DNA from: an uncultured Actinomycetes bacterium
GTDB lineage: Bacteria; Actinomycetota; Actinomycetes; S36-B12
NCBI GenBank assembly: GCA_937875815.1
Contig: CALFHU010000161.1
Coordinates: 1-54,565 of the forward strand
Direction: 5' to 3'
Length of the DNA stretch: 54,565 bases
Below are positions 50,116-54,565 of this stretch, piece after piece (the stretch's first letter is position 1; each line of letters opens with the position of its first letter). A program made the position numbers and the translations under genes. Below the pieces are notes generated by a model. The model saw only the letters and a list, made by a program, of their open reading frames with translations, was not told the DNA's origin and searched no databases.

Positions 50116-50283
50116 GTGGGCAAGGCCAGCGACGTCCGACCCAAGATCACATTGGCATGCGAAGAGTGCAAAGACCGCAACTACATTACAAAGAAGAACC
50201 GTCGTAATGATCCTGACCGACTTGAGGTCAAGAAGTTTTGCGTAAAGTGCAAGACGCACACCCTGCACAAGGAAACCCGCTAA
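50116..50283 (+). CDS. rpmG: 50S ribosomal protein L33 (Zn-binding C+ type)
   Basis: Manual translation [55 protein letters not shown]; absent from the ORF track. Confidence 0.97.
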   Translation: MGKASDVRPKITLACEECKDRNYITKKNRRNDPDRLEVKKFCVKCKTHTLHKETR

Positions 50284-50292
50284 CTTTTTAAC

Positions 50293-50748
50293 GTGGCTAT
50301 CAACCCAGAGTTTATTGGCCGCACCTACCCGCCAACGCAGGTCTACTCCGTTGGACGGGAGAAAATTCGCGAGTTCGCAACAGCGCTAGGTGACACTGCC
50401 TCCTGTTATTTCGAGGTCGACTCGGCGCGTGCGCTGGGCTACCCCGATTTAGTTGCGCCACCCACTTTTGCGATTGTGGTCACCATGAAGGCTGGTGAGC
50501 AGGTGGTATTTGATCCTGAACTCGCATTGGACTACACCCGGGTCGTTCATGGTGAGCAAAGATTCGTCCATCACCGCCCGATTTTCGCGGGAGATGAACT
50601 CACGAGCACGGTAAGTGTTGATTCGATTCGATCTGCTGCGGGTAATGACATGATCACGGTGAAAGCCCAAGTGCATTCCACCAGTGGTGAGTTGGTATCC
50701 ACCGTGTACTCCTTGCTGGTTTCTCGTGGAGTAGAGGAGCTCTCGTGA
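50293..50748 (+). CDS. MaoC-family dehydratase N-terminal-type subunit (HadA-like)
   Basis: Y.VGREKIREFA, APPTF, VVHGEQ.F. Confidence 0.9.
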   Translation: MAINPEFIGRTYPPTQVYSVGREKIREFATALGDTASCYFEVDSARALGYPDLVAPPTFAIVVTMKAGEQVVFDPELALDYTRVVHGEQRFVHHRPIFAGDELTSTVSVDSIRSAAGNDMITVKAQVHSTSGELVSTVYSLLVSRGVEELS

Positions 50749-51173
50749 CCCACATCTCCTATTTTGATCTTTACGTCGGACTGGAATTGCCTGCCCAGGA
50801 ATTTATTTTTACGCGAATTGACCTGATTAAATACGCGGGTGCATCAGGAGATTTCAACGTCATCCACTGGAATGAACGGGTCGCAACGGAAGTCGGATTG
50901 CCGTCAGTGATTGCGCACGGAATGCTCACCATGGGCGCCGTGATTCGCGTTGTCACCGATTGGCTGGGGGATCCAGGAAAAGTAACTGCGTACTCGGCCC
51001 GCTTTACCCGTCCAATTCCGGTTCCGGACTCTGACGAGGGCGCCACCATTAAAGTCACCGCAAAAATTACCGAATTACTGGAGCATAACCAGGCGATAAT
51101 CTCAATCTCCGCGATTCACAACGACGTGACCGTACTTGCAAAAACAGTTGTCACTGTCACACTTGAGCCATGA
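50745..51173 (+). CDS. MaoC-family dehydratase (HadB-like)
   Basis: YAGASGDFN.IHW and IAHGM hydratase-2 motif. Confidence 0.92.
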   Translation: MTHISYFDLYVGLELPAQEFIFTRIDLIKYAGASGDFNVIHWNERVATEVGLPSVIAHGMLTMGAVIRVVTDWLGDPGKVTAYSARFTRPIPVPDSDEGATIKVTAKITELLEHNQAIISISAIHNDVTVLAKTVVTVTLEP

Positions 51174-52114
51174 CAATCCCCGATCAGGTTACTGCTCTCG
51201 CAGAAGAGCGCGGCGTTGCTCGCGTCAATAAAGACTTTGCTCGATCTGATCAACTGCGAGATGCAATCGCAGCGGCGGGGTGGCTAATCAAGGACACGGC
51301 TGAGGGCTATTCGCTTACGCAGGCTCCACCATTTGGGATCACAGCAAATCTAGGTGCGCTGGTCGACCAATACGCGCAGTCGATTTCCGGAACAGCGGTG
51401 GTGCTCGTAATTGTCGACGGTTGGCCAGAAGACACCCACGTGTCTTTGGCCGCTCTTTTTGAACACGTTCCAACCGGGGTGAAGGTTCTGGTAATTGACT
51501 GCGGCAATGTTGACGGTGCGGGCGGGGTCGTTCATGAACTAGCAAAGAGTCACCCCCACCTTGTCGAGTTCCACTTCGCTCAATCATTGGCCGAGTTGGG
51601 TTGGGCAAATGTGGTTAATGCGGCAGTCGCTATTACGTCAAGTGACTTCTTCGCGGTGATGGACATGTCAACGATCTGGGAAGGTGAGGCACTTACCCCA
51701 ATCCTTGACACTTTCCAAGATCCCAATGTCGCACTTTCTGGTTGGCGTGGAGTAAATGTTGACGTGAGTCAAGATTGGCGTGAATTTGGTTCCGCAACTG
51801 CCGGAGATGTTGACGCGGTCTTGGGTTACTTCATGGTGGTTCGCGGGAGCGTTGCCAGGGAAATTGGCCCAGATCCAAAAGCGAGGTTCTACCGAAATGC
51901 CGACATGGAATGGTCCTTAGCGATCCGAGCCGCTGGCCACAAGGTCGTAATTCCTGAAGGCGAGCTGCCGTTGCGGCAGGAGCGCCACCATGGCTATCAC
52001 GACAGTGAACCTTCGTACCGTGATAAGCAGAGCAAGAAAACTTACGACCGTCTTCTCCAAAAATTCCGCAAGTCCCCAGATATTTTGCATCAAGGTGATG
52101 ATCGTGGGAATTGA
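51170..52114 (+). CDS. CysRS C-terminal anticodon-binding domain fused to a GT-A (GT2-like) glycosyltransferase domain
   Basis: Residues about 5-49 ERGVARVNKDFARSDQLRDAIAAAGWLIKDT.EG match the CysS C-terminus; then VLVIDCGNVDG, GWA...NAA, VMDMS, FYRNADMEWS. Confidence 0.75.
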   Translation: MTIPDQVTALAEERGVARVNKDFARSDQLRDAIAAAGWLIKDTAEGYSLTQAPPFGITANLGALVDQYAQSISGTAVVLVIVDGWPEDTHVSLAALFEHVPTGVKVLVIDCGNVDGAGGVVHELAKSHPHLVEFHFAQSLAELGWANVVNAAVAITSSDFFAVMDMSTIWEGEALTPILDTFQDPNVALSGWRGVNVDVSQDWREFGSATAGDVDAVLGYFMVVRGSVAREIGPDPKARFYRNADMEWSLAIRAAGHKVVIPEGELPLRQERHHGYHDSEPSYRDKQSKKTYDRLLQKFRKSPDILHQGDDRGN

Positions 52115-53165
52115 GGAACTTTCCGGTACATTGCGCGATCACACAACATTGCATGTGGGTGGAGGAGCGCAGCAGATTGTGCGCGTCACTACAGATCAAG
52201 AATTGATCGATCTTGTGCGCAATATCGATCAACAAGGTGAGCAGTTATTGATATTGGGCGGAGGCAGCAACGTAGTCTGTACCGATCAGGATTTCCCAGG
52301 AACCGTCATCGTGATAGCCATGATGGGCATCGAATGGGATAAGGGTTTGGTGACGGTTGCCGCGGGTGAAAACTGGGATGCATTCGTGAACCATGCCATT
52401 GACTTAGGCTTTGGCGGGCTTGCTCCATTAGCGGGTATCCCTGGCTCAATGGGTGCAACCCCTATTCAGAATATCGGAGCCTACGGCGTTGAGCTTGCCG
52501 AGTTCGTCGATCAGGTCAGTGTGTGGGACAGGGAAGAAAGTATTCGACGAAATTTGTCGGCAGCGGAGTGTAAATTTGATTACCGTGATAGTGCTCTCAA
52601 AAAAAATCCGAGCAGATACGTTGTGCTCTCGGTGACTCTACAAATCACCCGCTCACTTGAGATTCCAATCAGATACGAACAACTTGCACGTGTCATGAAT
52701 CAACAGATCGAGACAGTTGCTAATGCGGTACAGGTACGCGATCAGGTTCTGCGATTACGGGGAATGAAAAGCATGGTGCTTGATTCGGCAGACGCTGACT
52801 CCAATAGCACCGGGTCTTTTTTCATCAATCCAACGGTTCTTCACGGGAACGCTCCACTGGGATGTCCGACGTATTCATTGAAGGAAAGTAACTCGCTGGC
52901 AGGTACGAGCGTAAAACTGAGCGCGGCATGGTTGATTGAGAAAGCTGGAATCACTAAGGGATTCGGCCTAGCCGATAGTGATTCGAGAGTTCGGGTTTCG
53001 CGCAATCACACTTTGGCAATCGCTAACGTCGATTCTGGGAGTTCGCGTGAAGTAATTGAACTGGCAAGTTACATTCGGCAACAGGTATTCAATTCGTTTG
53101 GTATCGAACTCAAGGTCGAACCAGTGTTAATCAATTGCGAACTGGATCAACTCACGCACATTTAG
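52098..53165 (+). CDS. murB: UDP-N-acetylmuramate dehydrogenase
   Basis: [48 protein letters not shown]. Start near 52098. Confidence 0.95.
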   Translation: MIVGIEELSGTLRDHTTLHVGGGAQQIVRVTTDQELIDLVRNIDQQGEQLLILGGGSNVVCTDQDFPGTVIVIAMMGIEWDKGLVTVAAGENWDAFVNHAIDLGFGGLAPLAGIPGSMGATPIQNIGAYGVELAEFVDQVSVWDREESIRRNLSAAECKFDYRDSALKKNPSRYVVLSVTLQITRSLEIPIRYEQLARVMNQQIETVANAVQVRDQVLRLRGMKSMVLDSADADSNSTGSFFINPTVLHGNAPLGCPTYSLKESNSLAGTSVKLSAAWLIEKAGITKGFGLADSDSRVRVSRNHTLAIANVDSGSSREVIELASYIRQQVFNSFGIELKVEPVLINCELDQLTHI

Positions 53166-54400
53166 TCGGTGGCACTGGCCAACAGCTTGTGCATCCGAGA
53201 AATCCCTTCAGTGATGTTTTCGTCCGAAGTTGCATAGGACAGTCGGAAAAATCCTGGTGTTCCAAAAGCCTCGCCCGGAACGACTGCGACCTCAGCCTTG
53301 TCTAGAATAATGGCGGCGAGTTCACTTGAAGAATTCGCAACTGTGCCATCAATGGATTTGCCCAGTAGCTCCACAACGGACGCGTATGCGTAGAAAGCGC
53401 CTTCGGGTAATGGGCAGTTCACCCCAGGAATCCCATTGAGCAGGTCAACCATGAGGGTGCGTCGGCGGTCAAAAGCAACCCGCATGTGATCAACCGCATC
53501 GAGGTTGCCACTCACCGCCGCGAGGGCCGCGATTTGGGAAACATTTGCCACATTTGATGTTGCGTGGGATTGCAGGTTTGTCGCTGCCTTAGTGACATCT
53601 GCCGGGGCGATCATCCAACCAACCCGCCAGCCGGTCATTGCGTACGTTTTAGCGACACCGTTAATCACGACACAACGGTCCGCGAGTTCGGGAACCAGGG
53701 TTGGGATCGAGGAGAAGACTGCATCCCCGTAGACCAGATGTTCATATATTTCATCGGTAATGACCCAGATGCCTTTTGCTAGGGCCCATTCGCCAATTGC
53801 TTTGACCATTTGCGGGGAGTACACCGCGCCGGTGGGGTTTGAGGGAGATACGAAGACAAGTGCCTTGGTCGCTGGGGTGAGAGCCGCTTCCAGTTGCTCA
53901 ATCGATGCCCGGTACCCACTTGTCTCGTCGGTGAGAACGACTACCGGCTTTCCTCCGGCCAACCTGATCGATTCGGGGTAGGTCGTCCAGTACGGGGCGG
54001 GCAAAATTACTTCGTCGCCGGGATCAAGTAGCGTGGCAAATGCGTTGTAGAGGGCCTGCTTCCCACCGTTGGTCACCAGAATCTGGTTGGGTGCCACTTC
54101 GTAACCTGAGTCGCGGGCGGTCTTGGCGGCAATCGCTTCTTTGAGGGCGGGGAGTCCACCAGCCGGGGTGTATCGGTGCCATTTGGGCTCGCGGCAAGCG
54201 GCGATCGCTGCCTCGACTATGTAATCCGGGGTCGGGAAATCAGGCTCACCGGCTCCAAAACCGATAACCGGACGCCCAGCGGCAATCAGGGCCTTGGCCT
54301 TGGCGTCAACTGCCAGGGTCGCAGATTCGGCGATCGCGCCGATCCGGGCCGAGACTCGGTTGCGTGCTAGGGGGTTTATTGGGGAGGAGTGGGTCGCCAT
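53162..54400 (-). CDS. PLP-dependent class I aminotransferase (AspC-like)
   Basis: [35 protein letters not shown]. Confidence 0.94.
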   Translation of the reverse strand: MATHSSPINPLARNRVSARIGAIAESATLAVDAKAKALIAAGRPVIGFGAGEPDFPTPDYIVEAAIAACREPKWHRYTPAGGLPALKEAIAAKTARDSGYEVAPNQILVTNGGKQALYNAFATLLDPGDEVILPAPYWTTYPESIRLAGGKPVVVLTDETSGYRASIEQLEAALTPATKALVFVSPSNPTGAVYSPQMVKAIGEWALAKGIWVITDEIYEHLVYGDAVFSSIPTLVPELADRCVVINGVAKTYAMTGWRVGWMIAPADVTKAATNLQSHATSNVANVSQIAALAAVSGNLDAVDHMRVAFDRRRTLMVDLLNGIPGVNCPLPEGAFYAYASVVELLGKSIDGTVANSSSELAAIILDKAEVAVVPGEAFGTPGFFRLSYATSDENITEGISRMHKLLASATD

Positions 54401-54514
54401 GGGGCAATAATGTCAGGGGAACCTCAAGCCCGACAGACCCGCCCACGTGTGAGGAGTGGGTTAGACCGTAGACTCGCTCCCCGCAGTAGGTCTTTGCGTA
54501 AGCATGCCTACTAA

Positions 54515-54565
54515 AGGGTTGTAGCTCAACTGGTAGAGCACCGGTCTCCAAAACCGGGGGTTGGG
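54515..54565 (+). tRNA. tRNA-Trp(CCA), truncated by window end
   Basis: AGGGTTG-TAGCTCAACTGGTAGAGCA-CCGGT-CTCCAAA-ACCGG. Confidence 0.92.

Noticed and set aside
1-54565. CRISPR arrays, IS elements, rRNA, known riboswitches
   Set aside because: No repeat-spacer pattern, transposase or recognisable motif seen; intergenic gaps are all under 250 bp. Weak RNA motifs could be missed without a covariance-model search.

Overview
Housekeeping region of an actinobacterial chromosome (GC roughly mid-50s % by eye; very compact, consistent with a streamlined, possibly aquatic Actinomycetota). Order: mutY (partial), Rv3587c-like protein, radA, Cys-rich protein, CtpE-like P-type ATPase, TIM-barrel isomerase, TetR, proC, acuC, small HTH, bS22, acyltransferase, HAD, acyl-CoA ligase, glutaredoxin, rex, cobA/hemD fusion, cytochrome c maturation system II, menA/E/B/C/D/F/G, complete nuoA-N, polyprenyl synthase, rarD, a three-gene second nuoB-C-I module, yajQ, tRNA-Tyr, SDR, tRNA-Thr, tRNA-Met, rpmG, hadA/hadB, a fusion gene, murB, aminotransferase, tRNA-Trp (partial). 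I see no mobile element or CRISPR array. Most notable: (1) a CysRS anticodon-binding domain with its anticodon-reading residues intact, fused to a GT-A glycosyltransferase-like domain and inserted between hadB and murB; (2) a soluble mini nuoB2-C2-I2 Fe-S module with its own promoter; (3) local loss of hemA/C/B/L around a retained hemD next to intact cytochrome c maturation genes; (4) a near-perfect Rex operator at nuoA; (5) pervasive leaderless promoters. All calls come from motif and synteny recognition; no database searches were run.
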